From positions 1 through 30,516 of the IMG/VR virus record IMGVR_UViG_3300020045_005939: DNA of 30,516 bases; one strand, given 5' to 3'. The position numbers were made by a program, and so were the translations under genes. Within the stretch, counting starts at the first letter, position 1; every line of letters begins with the position of its first letter. The stretch is from a virus. Lineage: Duplodnaviria; Caudoviricetes. A model generated the notes under the pieces. The model searched no databases. It was given only the letters and a program-made list of their open reading frames with translations, and had not been told where the DNA came from. Of this stretch, positions 16,098 through 25,206 are shown one piece after another.

Positions 16098-16256
16098 ATG
16101 AAAGAAGATAAAAAAACAGAACGCCTAGAGATAAGGCTCACTAAAGAAGAAAAAAAACAACTGCATGATATTGCTCAAAAGCAGGAAATAACACTTTCTG
16201 AGCTGGTCAGGCTTAAATCAATTTGCAACAAGGAAACTAAAAATGAACACATTTAA
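16098..16256 (+). CDS. Ribbon-helix-helix (CopG/MobC-like) regulator, 52 aa (MKEDKKTERLEIRLTKEEKKQLHDIAQKQEITLSELVRLKSICNKETKNEHI)
   Basis: Translated by hand; classic RLEIRLT.EEK..L...A......LSELVR signature. Confidence 0.8.
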   Translation: MKEDKKTERLEIRLTKEEKKQLHDIAQKQEITLSELVRLKSICNKETKNEHI

Positions 16257-16608
16257 AACACAAGAAGAACTTCATCGTTTTTTGCTAGAGGGTGGAACAA
16301 TAGAATATATTGAAAGTGGCGATGATAATGTAATTTTAAACTATCAAGATGGACAAATATGCTACCAAGACGGAAGAAAAGCATCTTTTCATTTTAGCAA
16401 GCCTGATGAGTGGAAACCATACGTTAAAAAAGAATGGTATGAACAGATTCATGAAGGTGGTGTTTGGTGTAAAAATAGTGATGACAATATTATAGAGGTA
16501 ATTAAATTCACAAAAAAAGACTTGATTACTGAATATGTTAAAAAACATTATCAGCCAATTACCAAAGAGTTTTACGAAGAAATGGGAAAGCATATCTATG
16601 AATATTGA
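16243..16608 (+). CDS. Hypothetical protein
   Basis: ORF track; AAGGA SD. Confidence 0.6.
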   Translation: MNTFKTQEELHRFLLEGGTIEYIESGDDNVILNYQDGQICYQDGRKASFHFSKPDEWKPYVKKEWYEQIHEGGVWCKNSDDNIIEVIKFTKKDLITEYVKKHYQPITKEFYEEMGKHIYEY

Positions 16609-17011
16609 TATCTTTCTTACAGTTCTTGATAAAGTAAAAAAGACCGGCTATAACAAATGGCTGGCATGTTGCCCTGTTCATAATGACAAAACACCAAGCC
16701 TGGCTGTTCGTATGATTGACGGTGACAGGCTTTTGTTTCATTGCTTTGGGTGTGGTGCAAATGGCGTTGAGATTTGCAAAGCACTCAATATTGACCAAGG
16801 TGAACTATTTCCACCAAAGCTCGAAAACTATAAACGCGAAAGGACGCCATTCCCGGCAGATCAAATATTAACGGCTTTGGCTTATGAGGCCGGCATCGTC
16901 ACAGCTGCATCATATGCTATCGCTAATGGTGAAAAACTATCTCCTGGTGATGTTATGCGCATAGAAATGGCAAGAGATAGGTTAACGGAAGGGCTCCAGT
17001 ATGCTAAATAG
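16598..17011 (+). CDS. Primase-type CHC2 zinc-finger protein without catalytic domain (start revised to 16598)
   Basis: ACCPVHNDKTPSL...LFHCFGCG. Confidence 0.8.
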   Translation: MNIDIFLTVLDKVKKTGYNKWLACCPVHNDKTPSLAVRMIDGDRLLFHCFGCGANGVEICKALNIDQGELFPPKLENYKRERTPFPADQILTALAYEAGIVTAASYAIANGEKLSPGDVMRIEMARDRLTEGLQYAK

Positions 17012-17432
17012 AGACGGATTAGAGAACAGCGATCATTGGGCAACTCCAAAATGGCTTTATGATGAATTAAATTTAGAGTTTAATTTTGATTTTGATCCAT
17101 GCCCACTACATTCAAATTTTGATGGTCTATCTATTAATTGGGGTAAATCAAATTTTGTTAATCCCCCTTACAATCGTATTGATAAGCCTAAATTTATAAA
17201 AAAGTCTTTTGATGAATGGAAAAAAGGTAAAACTTGCGTATTGCTAATTCCTGCAAGTGTAAGCACAAAACAATTTCATGATTTGATTTTACCTAATGCT
17301 GAAATAAGATTTATTAGGGGAAGGGTTGCTTTTTTGGGAACTAATACAAAAGGAGAATATACAGAAACAAAAAAAGGTAAGCATGACAGCATGATTTGTA
17401 TATTTAAAGGTTTTGACTATGCTAAAACCTGA
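17001..17432 (+). CDS. Phage DNA N6-adenine methyltransferase (phage Dam family)
   Basis: W.TP..LY..L..EF.FDFDPC, FVNPPY, V.LIPA and EIRFIRGR. Confidence 0.9.
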   Translation: MLNRDGLENSDHWATPKWLYDELNLEFNFDFDPCPLHSNFDGLSINWGKSNFVNPPYNRIDKPKFIKKSFDEWKKGKTCVLLIPASVSTKQFHDLILPNAEIRFIRGRVAFLGTNTKGEYTETKKGKHDSMICIFKGFDYAKT

Positions 17433-18507
17433 TAAAGCCTACAAAGAGTACATAGAAAAGGCAGATGCGGGTATTAGCTTTCTGGATGCAAAGATAAAGG
17501 AGAAAAAAGACCTTGATAATGATGGTCGTGAATGGTTGTCTGGTGATGTTTTAGCGGATGAAGCTAAGGCTCCTGAATTTTTGATTAATAACATTATCGA
17601 AACTAACAGTCACGGAATTATTAGTGGATCAAGCCAGGCTTTTAAAACATTCCTGGTTGTCAAGCTCGCCCATTCTGTTTGTACTGGGATTGATTTCTTT
17701 GGCCATGATGTTTTTGAAACTGGCAAGGTGCTTTATATCTGCGGTGAGGGTAAAGGTGCTCTTGCTCGCAGAATAAAGGCTTTAAAGATCGTAGAGGGTG
17801 GTTTTAGCGACAATCTTTTTATTCTTAACCAACCCATAGGGATTGATAATATTGCTTGTATGCAGTGGCTTAAAGAGGCCGTAGAGGAGATCAAGCCAAT
17901 GTTGGTTATTGCTGATACGTTTAGCTCTCTGGCAACATCAACAAATGAAAATGATAACTCGGAAGTGGCCAGAACATTAAGGCTTATAAATGACTCTTGT
18001 ACCGGCAATAAAACCTGTTCACTAGTTGTGCATCATTATGGCAAGGATGCTGCTCGTGGCGTTCGTGGGGCATATGCTTTCCAGGGAAATGTTGACTACA
18101 GTATGACTATGGAGCGCATAGAGGGGACCATGAAAACAACTCTGACAAGCAACAAGATGAAAGATTCAGAACTATTTGATGAGTTGAAGCTTGAGGCTCA
18201 TGTTGTCGATCTTGGCATGTTACGCCAGGATGGGCAGCAATCTACCAGTTTGATATTAAAACTTGATGGTGATGCTGTATCTAATGAATATGATGGTAAT
18301 GGAAATGATAGCAGGGTTTATGTTGCGCTTAAAAACTTAGGAAAGGAGAGTTATTCAGAACCAGAAATAAGGGAAATAATCAGACAGGAATTTCATGATT
18401 ATTCTAACCATCGAGTACTTTTTAAGAGGATTATGGACAGCTTGATTTCAAAGAATCTCATAAAAAGTCACTATAAAAAGTTCCTGGTTGTTAAAGAAAA
18501 TGTTTGA
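17419..18507 (+). CDS. AAA_25 / RepA-like replicative helicase
   Basis: Walker A GSSQAFKT, VLYICGEG, Walker B VIADT, ENDNSE, VVHH.GK and RGA.A..G.VD; possible C-terminal wHTH. Confidence 0.85.
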   Translation: MLKPDKAYKEYIEKADAGISFLDAKIKEKKDLDNDGREWLSGDVLADEAKAPEFLINNIIETNSHGIISGSSQAFKTFLVVKLAHSVCTGIDFFGHDVFETGKVLYICGEGKGALARRIKALKIVEGGFSDNLFILNQPIGIDNIACMQWLKEAVEEIKPMLVIADTFSSLATSTNENDNSEVARTLRLINDSCTGNKTCSLVVHHYGKDAARGVRGAYAFQGNVDYSMTMERIEGTMKTTLTSNKMKDSELFDELKLEAHVVDLGMLRQDGQQSTSLILKLDGDAVSNEYDGNGNDSRVYVALKNLGKESYSEPEIREIIRQEFHDYSNHRVLFKRIMDSLISKNLIKSHYKKFLVVKENV

Positions 18508-18509
18508 TC

Positions 18510-18820
18510 AATATTTGCAAAATGTTTGCAAAATGTTGATTTTGTCGTGTTACGCACAATCGCTACAAGCCACGGCTAGCGTGGCTTACAGCGTTTCAAT
18601 GTTTTGTTACGCCTGTAACACTTTTTTTCAAACATTTGTTTATGTTACACCTTGTTACACTTGTTACGGCAAAGCTCTGTATGCCACGAATACCAAGGCT
18701 TTCAAAGTTTAAATGTTTTTGTTACACCTGTTACACTTTTGTTACGGCGTAACGTGTAACACACATCTATCTATCTATAGATAGATGTGTTTGTTACGGT
18801 TGTTACATTTTGGTGTTACA
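18510..18820. repeat. Probable replication origin: TGTTAC iterons plus hairpins
   Basis: 11 direct TGTTAC copies (18548, 18605, 18643, 18653, 18662, 18720, 18729, 18740, 18792, 18801, 18814) and 2 inverted (18615, 18756); 14-bp IR at 18761-18790; 8-bp IR at about 18567-18587; AT-rich flank; directly after the helicase gene. Confidence 0.75.
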
Positions 18821-18860
18821 AAATAGGTTTATTTAATAGTAAAAAAATAAAAAATAATTA

Positions 18861-18890
18861 TTTACTTTTTATTATTATTTGATCTATACT
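18861..18890 (+). promoter_or_regulatory. Sigma70-like promoter TTTACT-18-TATACT
   Basis: A-tract upstream; precedes GGAG SD and ORF 18940. Confidence 0.5.
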
Positions 18891-18939
18891 GTAGTCACTT
18901 TCAAAAGAAAGTATTTTTCAACTAACCGGAGTAAAAATA

Positions 18940-19179
18940 ATGAAATTCAGAATTGAAACATTAAGGTTCAGTTATTCGAAAGAAAAATCAGAGAAACTAG
19001 AGAAATTAGGGTTTGAATTCTCTGTTAATGGTGATGACTGTTGGTGTTATGAAAAAAGCGACAAAAAAGTTTACATTGAGATTGAATCAATTGAGCAATT
19101 AATTGAACTGGGAAACAAGGTTGATTGTGATTTAATCATAGATTCAAAGAACATGATTATATTTATAGATGACGAATGA
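18940..19179 (+). CDS. Hypothetical protein
   Basis: ORF track; GGAG SD. Confidence 0.6.
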   Translation: MKFRIETLRFSYSKEKSEKLEKLGFEFSVNGDDCWCYEKSDKKVYIEIESIEQLIELGNKVDCDLIIDSKNMIIFIDDE

Positions 19180-19188
19180 GGTGATGAA

Positions 19189-19344
19189 ATGAAATACTGG
19201 ACATTTATAGTACTGAGCATGGGCATGACAATCACTGTGCAAGCCTATGGAAAGAGTGATGCAAAGAGACATGTGATTAACCATGTAGGTCTAAAACATG
19301 ATGCTGAGTTAAGATGCATCAAATGTGAACGTGATAGGTCGTAA
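19189..19344 (+). CDS. Hypothetical protein, 51 aa (MKYWTFIVLSMGMTITVQAYGKSDAKRH...)
   Basis: Translated by hand; GAGGTG SD. Confidence 0.55.
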   Translation: MKYWTFIVLSMGMTITVQAYGKSDAKRHVINHVGLKHDAELRCIKCERDRS

Positions 19345-19346
19345 GG

Positions 19347-19583
19347 ATGATAGGTGCAGATATAACAAAATTCGATGGGTTTACAATCATTAACACACCT
19401 TCTGGGTCTGATAATGATCATTATGGTGATTGTAAAAATACAATTACATTTGATAGTGAAAATCTAATTATAGAGTCTTATCAGAAAAAAAAGGAATTAT
19501 GCGCAATTGCTTTTAGAATAACGCCTCAATTTATAAAAGAACTTAAAGTCTTTGTAAATGTGTTAGAAGTTATGAATAACTAA
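19347..19583 (+). CDS. Hypothetical protein
   Basis: ORF track. Confidence 0.55.
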   Translation: MIGADITKFDGFTIINTPSGSDNDHYGDCKNTITFDSENLIIESYQKKKELCAIAFRITPQFIKELKVFVNVLEVMNN

Positions 19584-19584
19584 C

Positions 19585-19719
19585 GTGAGAGAGCTTAGTT
19601 TGAGTGATTATGTTTTTAACATAGCATTACAGTCATTTAAGGTTTTTTTGGCTGTAGTGTTTATTTTTGGTGGATTTATGTATTATTTAACAGTGTTTGT
19701 TGTGGGTAAATTCAAATGA
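19585..19719 (+). CDS. Small TM protein, about 44 aa (start uncertain)
   Basis: Translated by hand: ...FKVFLAVVFIFGGFMYYLTVFVVGKFK; ATGA overlap with the next gene. Confidence 0.4.
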   Translation: MRELSLSDYVFNIALQSFKVFLAVVFIFGGFMYYLTVFVVGKFK

Positions 19720-19937
19720 AACTGTTTTTGTTGCTTTTGGTAATGTCATTCAATGCTAATGCATATACTCAGGAAGATTTGACAATGTACTATGCTAGAA
19801 TGAAATGGTTACAGTACATAAAGACTGTGCCTAGGTCATCAATGACAGATGAGGAGTATTTGATGTTGGTTGATGCAAAGCTGAAGATGATGACTTGGCA
19901 AATTGAGTTTATACAAAGTGTTGGAGGAACAAGATGA
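19716..19937 (+). CDS. Small secreted protein
   Basis: Signal peptide MKLFLLLLVMSFNANA. Confidence 0.6.
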   Translation: MKLFLLLLVMSFNANAYTQEDLTMYYARMKWLQYIKTVPRSSMTDEEYLMLVDAKLKMMTWQIEFIQSVGGTR

Positions 19938-20149
19938 GTGATGTTTATCCAAAAGGATTGAAAGAATCAGACTTGATATGTTTTGATGACTATACATTGC
20001 CATTTCATATTGGCGATAATGAAGGACCTGATAAAAAAATAAAATGTAAAATATGTGGAAGCAATGCTTTCAATGTTGCAACTAGTAGTTATAGAACATC
20101 AATTAGATGTGTTAATTGTCTTTGGGAGCTTTGTGTACATGATGACTAA
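19934..20149 (+). CDS. Zn-ribbon protein
   Basis: CKIC...CVNC. Confidence 0.6.
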   Translation: MSDVYPKGLKESDLICFDDYTLPFHIGDNEGPDKKIKCKICGSNAFNVATSSYRTSIRCVNCLWELCVHDD

Positions 20150-20450
20150 ACATAGACATTGTGATTTAATAAAAGCCTGGGCAGATGGTGAGTCAATCCA
20201 ATATTGGTCACCAGTTTATAAAAAATGGATTGATTTTGAAGAAGGACAAACAATACTATGGAATTTGGAGAAATATAGAATCAAGCCTAAAGAAATACTG
20301 ATAGATGAAATTTCTTTCAAAGAATTGCTTGATATGGCGACAAATATAACTCCAAGTGTTGCTTTGTCACAACAGCTTGTTATTGAGGCTTATGTGGCTG
20401 GTAAGCGATCAGTATTGAAAGATGGTATTAGAGTGGATGATGGCTTGTAA
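20139..20450 (+). CDS. Conserved phage hypothetical protein (start revised)
   Basis: H.H..LIKAWADG..IQ....YRIKP pattern. Confidence 0.65.
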   Translation: MMTKHRHCDLIKAWADGESIQYWSPVYKKWIDFEEGQTILWNLEKYRIKPKEILIDEISFKELLDMATNITPSVALSQQLVIEAYVAGKRSVLKDGIRVDDGL

Positions 20451-20524
20451 TTTGAATTGTTTTGTGTTAGTGTTGTAGTATTTATAACTATTGCAACACT
20501 AATTTAATAGAATTTGATAGAAAA

Positions 20525-20800
20525 ATGGCTAATCCAGAAGGAACAATGAAACCAGGAAGGGTAAAAACTGGTGGACGACCAAAAGGAGTTACAAACAAAG
20601 TCAATAAAGAACTAAAAGATATGATCTTAGGTGCTCTTAACGATGTTGGTGGTCAAGCGTATTTAGCAAGACAGGCAGAACAAAACCCTGGCCCATTCAT
20701 GACTCTAGTAGGTAAGATTTTACCTAAAGAAATAAAAGCAGACGTTGACGTTAAAGCAAGTGTAGTCATAAAGGCATCACCACTTGACGAAAGAATTTAA
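20525..20800 (+). CDS. terS: Putative terminase small subunit
   Basis: KTGGRPKG..NK...LK.MI..AL...GG..YL; immediately upstream of TerL. Confidence 0.65.
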   Translation: MANPEGTMKPGRVKTGGRPKGVTNKVNKELKDMILGALNDVGGQAYLARQAEQNPGPFMTLVGKILPKEIKADVDVKASVVIKASPLDERI

Positions 20801-22127
20801 ACTTACAGACAAACAATTACAGGCTCAGGAGATTCTTGCTTCTGATGCCACGCATATTTGTTTGTTTGGTGGCTCAAGATCAGGTAAAACTTTTCTTCTT
20901 GTTCGCAATGTAATATTCAGAGCACTAAAGGCTCCAAAGTCTCGGCATGTAATATTCAGGTTCAGATTTAACGCCATAAAATCAAGTATCATACTTGACA
21001 CATTCCCAAAGGTTATGGACGTTGCTTTTCATGGAGTCCAATATAATCTCAACAAAACTGACAATTATGTCACGTTTGATAATGGCAGCGAGATATTTTT
21101 TGCTGGACTTGATGACAAAGAAAGAGCCGAAAAAATATTAGGTATGGAGTTCGTGACTATCTATCTTAATGAGTGCTCTCAAATACCACAACACTCAAGA
21201 GAAATAGTTATCACTCGATTAGCTCAACAAGTAGATCAAGAAATTGATGGTCGTGAATCTACACCACTAAAGCCGCGCATATATTATGATGCTAATCCAC
21301 CGTCTAAGGCTCACTGGCTTTATAAAGTATTCATACAGAAACTTGACCTTGATACAAAACTACAGGTATCAAAACCTAATGATTATGCATCATTCAAGAT
21401 AAATCCTTCAGATAATGTACAGAATCTTTCAGATGGTTACCTTGACTCTCTAAAATCTATGTCTGCAAGGATGCGTAAACGGTTCCTAGATGGCGAATTT
21501 GCAGATGCAACACCAAATGCATTATTCACAGATGAAAATATAGATACTTGGCGTGTAGTTGATGGATCAATCCCACAGCTAATTCGAGTTGTAGTTGCTG
21601 TTGATCCGAGCGGATCAGGTGACATAGATAATGCTGATAATGATGCAATAGGAATTGTAGTTGCTGGATTAGGTATTGATGGCAATGCTTATGTTCTTGA
21701 AGATTGTACCGTTAAATGTGGGCCTTCTACTTGGGGACGGGTTGCAACAGATGCATATGATCGGCATAATGCTGATATAATAGTCGGAGAGATAAACTAC
21801 GGTGGTGCTATGGTGCAGCATGTTATTCAAACTGCTAGGCCAAGAACTCCATACCAAACCGTAACTGCTACTCGTGGAAAGGCTGTTAGAGCAGAGCCGA
21901 TAAGCTCACTGTATGAACAAGGAAAGGTTAGGCACGTAGGTAATTTTGTAGAGCTTGAAGAAGAATTGACAGCTTTTAGCACTTATGGTTTTACTGGAGA
22001 AAGATCACCAAATAGGGCAGATGCTCTTGTTTGGTCATTAACAGCCCTATTCCCAGGAATAGTAAAACCAAAGAATGAAAATAAACCAAAAACACATATA
22101 CAAATACCTGTAGGGTCGTGGATGTAA
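20784..22127 (+). CDS. terL: Terminase large subunit
   Basis: GGSRSGKT, YLNE, ANP, nuclease VAVDPS, RGK..RAEP...LYE.G and SP.RADA. Confidence 0.95.
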   Translation: MTKEFKLTDKQLQAQEILASDATHICLFGGSRSGKTFLLVRNVIFRALKAPKSRHVIFRFRFNAIKSSIILDTFPKVMDVAFHGVQYNLNKTDNYVTFDNGSEIFFAGLDDKERAEKILGMEFVTIYLNECSQIPQHSREIVITRLAQQVDQEIDGRESTPLKPRIYYDANPPSKAHWLYKVFIQKLDLDTKLQVSKPNDYASFKINPSDNVQNLSDGYLDSLKSMSARMRKRFLDGEFADATPNALFTDENIDTWRVVDGSIPQLIRVVVAVDPSGSGDIDNADNDAIGIVVAGLGIDGNAYVLEDCTVKCGPSTWGRVATDAYDRHNADIIVGEINYGGAMVQHVIQTARPRTPYQTVTATRGKAVRAEPISSLYEQGKVRHVGNFVELEEELTAFSTYGFTGERSPNRADALVWSLTALFPGIVKPKNENKPKTHIQIPVGSWM

Positions 22128-24286
22128 TGACAGATAAAACACTGGAAATAGCACGTAAACGCTTCGCACAGGCTGAAGAAGCCGATCAGGAAAACCGCCG
22201 TGAACGTGTCAATGACATAAAGTTTGTGAGGCTTGGTGAACAATGGCCAGAGTCAGTTAAACGTGACCGTGAACGTCCTGGTGCTGAGAGGCCAATGCTT
22301 ACCATTAACAGGCTTCTTCAGTTCCGTAACCAGATCGTTAATGAGATCAGACAGAATTGCCCAAGCGTCAAGTTCCGTCCTGAGAACGACGAGGCAGACG
22401 TTGAGACAGCAGAGATATATAACGGGCTGTATCGACACATACATCACACTGGCGGAGCAAAGATAGCGTATGTTACAGCAGCAGAAAATCAGGTTGATAC
22501 AGGTATCGGCTATTTCCGCATTTACACTGACTATTGCGACTCTGATTCATTCGATCAGGAAATAAAGTTCAAGCGCATCCTTGATTCAAATTCAGTTTAC
22601 TTTGATCCTGATAGCACAGAACCAGATGGTTCGGACTCAAAATATGCATTTGTAGTTGAAGATATAGCAAAAGATGACTTCGAGAAGCTATATCCTAAGG
22701 CTGAAGCAAAAGGCTGGGAAGAAGACACATCAGGCTGGATCAAAAAAGACACTGTTCGTGTCGCTGATTATCTGTATATCGATACAAAGGTAAACACAAT
22801 ATGCCAAATGCAAGATGGATCAACAGTCAATAAGGATGAATTGCCTGAAGAATTTCATCCACTTATTGTTAAAGAACGCAAGTCTGAAAAAAGAACATGC
22901 AAAATATGTAAGATCGGAGGCAATGAAATCCTTGAAGAATCAGAGATGCCATGCTCTTATATTCCAGTTATCCCAGTAATAGGATCGGAAGTTTATGTTG
23001 AAGGTAAGCGCACATTATACGGTCTTACACGGCCGGCAAAAGATTCCCAGCGATTGTATAACTACATGGAGACTGCCAACACCGAGTTACTTGGACTTGC
23101 ACCACGCGCTCCATACGTTGTCGCAGCAGGGCAGATCGACGGTTATGAGAACGAATGGCAAGCAGCTAACAGGGTTAACCTATCGGTGCTCACATATAAT
23201 CCAGTCTCAGACCTAGGAACATTGCTGCCAGCTCCACGAAGAGAAATGCCACCTGGGCAAAACCCTGGCTTCGAGTCTGCAATGAACAGAGCAGCAGAAG
23301 ATATCAAAGCTACTATGGGCATTTATGATGCATCTGTAGGTAACCGTGAAGGTGATCAATCCGGGAAGGCTATAAACTCACAGATCAGACAAGGACAAGT
23401 AGGAAACTACCATTTTCAAGACAACCTTGCGCTCTCAGTACAGCAATGCGGTAAGATCATTGCAGAGTTAATACCAGCAATATACGACACTGCTCGTGTC
23501 ATAAAGATATTAGGGGAGGATGGATCGCCAAAAAGCGTCAAGATTGACCCTAACGCTCCTGAAGCAGTAAACAAGACAGAAGACTCAACCATCTATAACC
23601 TTAACAGGGGAAAGTATCACGTTGTCTCTGATGTCGGACCATCATTCGCTACTCGTAGACAAGAAGCAGCAGAAGCGCAGATACAAATGTGCCAGGCAGA
23701 CCCAACCCTTATGCAAATTGCTGGGGACATTATCATTAGCAACATGGATTGGCCCGGAGCTGATGACATAGCTAAGCGCAAAAAAGCCATGCTTCCTCCA
23801 CAAATACAGGCAATCATTGACGCTGATAATGAGGAAGGACAAAAGAAGCTTGATCCACAAGTAGAGATGCAGATGAATCAAATGGCTGATCAAGTCGAGC
23901 ATTTGAGTGCAGAATTACAAAAGATGCAAGCTGATGTTGAAAGCAAAGAAGAAGAACTTGAGATTAAACGGTTCGAAGCAGAAACCAAGCGCTTAGAAGT
24001 TCAACACAAGATTGCTCTTGAGTCTACAGACCTTACACATAGACTGGCATTAGAGCAGGTTAATGCTGAATTAATGAAGCCAAACAACGGCGAATCAGAA
24101 GATATTGAAGATGAAGAACCAGAGGAAGTAAAGCCACAAGAACCAGCTCCTCCACATCCTGATTTGCTTAAAGCAATTAATGATTTAAAAGATACACATA
24201 GCCAAACACAGGCTATAATAGGCGCAATTAATAAACCCAAGCGCATCATTCGTGGCGCAGACGGCAGGCCGGAAGGCATAGAATAA
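22127..24286 (+). CDS. P22-like portal protein
   Basis: G.QW.....R....RP.LT.N, KD.QR.YNY, SG.AI...., GPSF.T.R and a long C-terminal coiled coil; start at the TAATG overlap. Confidence 0.95.
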   Translation: MTDKTLEIARKRFAQAEEADQENRRERVNDIKFVRLGEQWPESVKRDRERPGAERPMLTINRLLQFRNQIVNEIRQNCPSVKFRPENDEADVETAEIYNGLYRHIHHTGGAKIAYVTAAENQVDTGIGYFRIYTDYCDSDSFDQEIKFKRILDSNSVYFDPDSTEPDGSDSKYAFVVEDIAKDDFEKLYPKAEAKGWEEDTSGWIKKDTVRVADYLYIDTKVNTICQMQDGSTVNKDELPEEFHPLIVKERKSEKRTCKICKIGGNEILEESEMPCSYIPVIPVIGSEVYVEGKRTLYGLTRPAKDSQRLYNYMETANTELLGLAPRAPYVVAAGQIDGYENEWQAANRVNLSVLTYNPVSDLGTLLPAPRREMPPGQNPGFESAMNRAAEDIKATMGIYDASVGNREGDQSGKAINSQIRQGQVGNYHFQDNLALSVQQCGKIIAELIPAIYDTARVIKILGEDGSPKSVKIDPNAPEAVNKTEDSTIYNLNRGKYHVVSDVGPSFATRRQEAAEAQIQMCQADPTLMQIAGDIIISNMDWPGADDIAKRKKAMLPPQIQAIIDADNEEGQKKLDPQVEMQMNQMADQVEHLSAELQKMQADVESKEEELEIKRFEAETKRLEVQHKIALESTDLTHRLALEQVNAELMKPNNGESEDIEDEEPEEVKPQEPAPPHPDLLKAINDLKDTHSQTQAIIGAINKPKRIIRGADGRPEGIE

Positions 24287-24308
24287 ACTCAACCACAGGA
24301 CAAATGAA

Positions 24309-24704
24309 ATGGCAATAGCTTATGCAGTACCTTTACGCAATTCTATGCTTGATGCAATTACCAGTTTAGCTGGTGCATCATGTTTAATCAATATATATGA
24401 TGGCACAAGACCAGCAACAGGTGGAACAGCCACAACATTGCTTGCACAGCTTACAGGTAATGCAACATTTGCTCCTGCTGCTTCAGGCGGTGTTTTGACT
24501 CTCAATGCAATAACTCAAGACTCAAGCGCAAACGCCACCGGAACGGCAACATGGTTCCGTATTTATGCATCAAATGGCACTACACATGTTCTTGATGGCA
24601 ATGTCGGCACATCAGGTAGTGATTTGAACTTGACTACTGTATCCATTGTCACCGCTCAGCCAGTCTCTATATCCTCATTCGTTATAACAGAGGCTAATCC
24701 ATAA
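24309..24704 (+). CDS. Probable virion structural protein
   Basis: RN..LD.I......I.IY.G..P...GTATWFRI......LDG.VG..G.DL.L pattern of phage structural proteins. Confidence 0.6.
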   Translation: MAIAYAVPLRNSMLDAITSLAGASCLINIYDGTRPATGGTATTLLAQLTGNATFAPAASGGVLTLNAITQDSSANATGTATWFRIYASNGTTHVLDGNVGTSGSDLNLTTVSIVTAQPVSISSFVITEANP

Positions 24705-25195
24705 TGGCTTCCTTAACTGATGCTCAACTGGTAACACTTAAAGCGGCAATACTAGCATCTGTTGATGCTGAGATTATCGCATTAAGAACGGCTCGTAATG
24801 ATACAGAGCTCACAATAAAACTGAACAGCAATGTCAATCCTGTGCAATTAGCGTGGGTAAGCAATCAGTTACCACAAGATTCAGATGCTGCCCCTGATTA
24901 CTCACTTTACGATAGCCTATTAGCTGGTAAACGTGACTCATGGCGTTTATTCCTGGCTTATCCTCGTGACTTCACAAAGAACAAAATCCGCAAATGGGTA
25001 ACTGACGTTTGGGGTAATGCAACGGCTGGAAGCAATGCTGAGTTAGTCCTCCAGGCAGCAACAAAAAGCATCACCTTCTTTGAGTTAATGTTCGGTGGCA
25101 CAGATGCCACAACAGGTACAGTTACAGCAAAAAAGCTAAACATTCTTGGCCCTGTAGCGATGCAAGATGTGAGTGCAGCACTCAATTTACCATAA
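24704..25195 (+). CDS. Hypothetical (virion-associated) protein
   Basis: LT.AQL.TLKA.I N-terminus; coupled in the late operon. Confidence 0.55.
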   Translation: MASLTDAQLVTLKAAILASVDAEIIALRTARNDTELTIKLNSNVNPVQLAWVSNQLPQDSDAAPDYSLYDSLLAGKRDSWRLFLAYPRDFTKNKIRKWVTDVWGNATAGSNAELVLQAATKSITFFELMFGGTDATTGTVTAKKLNILGPVAMQDVSAALNLP

Positions 25196-25206
25196 GGCTT
25201 TAAACC

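Noticed and set aside
16031-16141. N-terminal extension of ORF 15776..16141
   Set aside because: It overlaps the promoters and the + strand RHH gene; a better SD and ATG exist at 16030.
18488-18712. 74-aa ORF rich in CY repeats
   Set aside because: Translation artefact of the TGTTAC iterons; TTG start.
18540-18820. Possible CRISPR array
   Set aside because: Repeats are only 6-10 bp with irregular short spacing, and there are no unique spacers or cas genes.
19561-19600. GTTAG/CTAAC motifs as a third recombination site
   Set aside because: No L-box or dif-like arm symmetry; likely chance in AT-rich DNA.
21160-21185. TerL Walker B reads YLNE instead of DE
   Set aside because: I recall this variant in related terminases and all other motifs are intact, so it is not evidence of a pseudogene.
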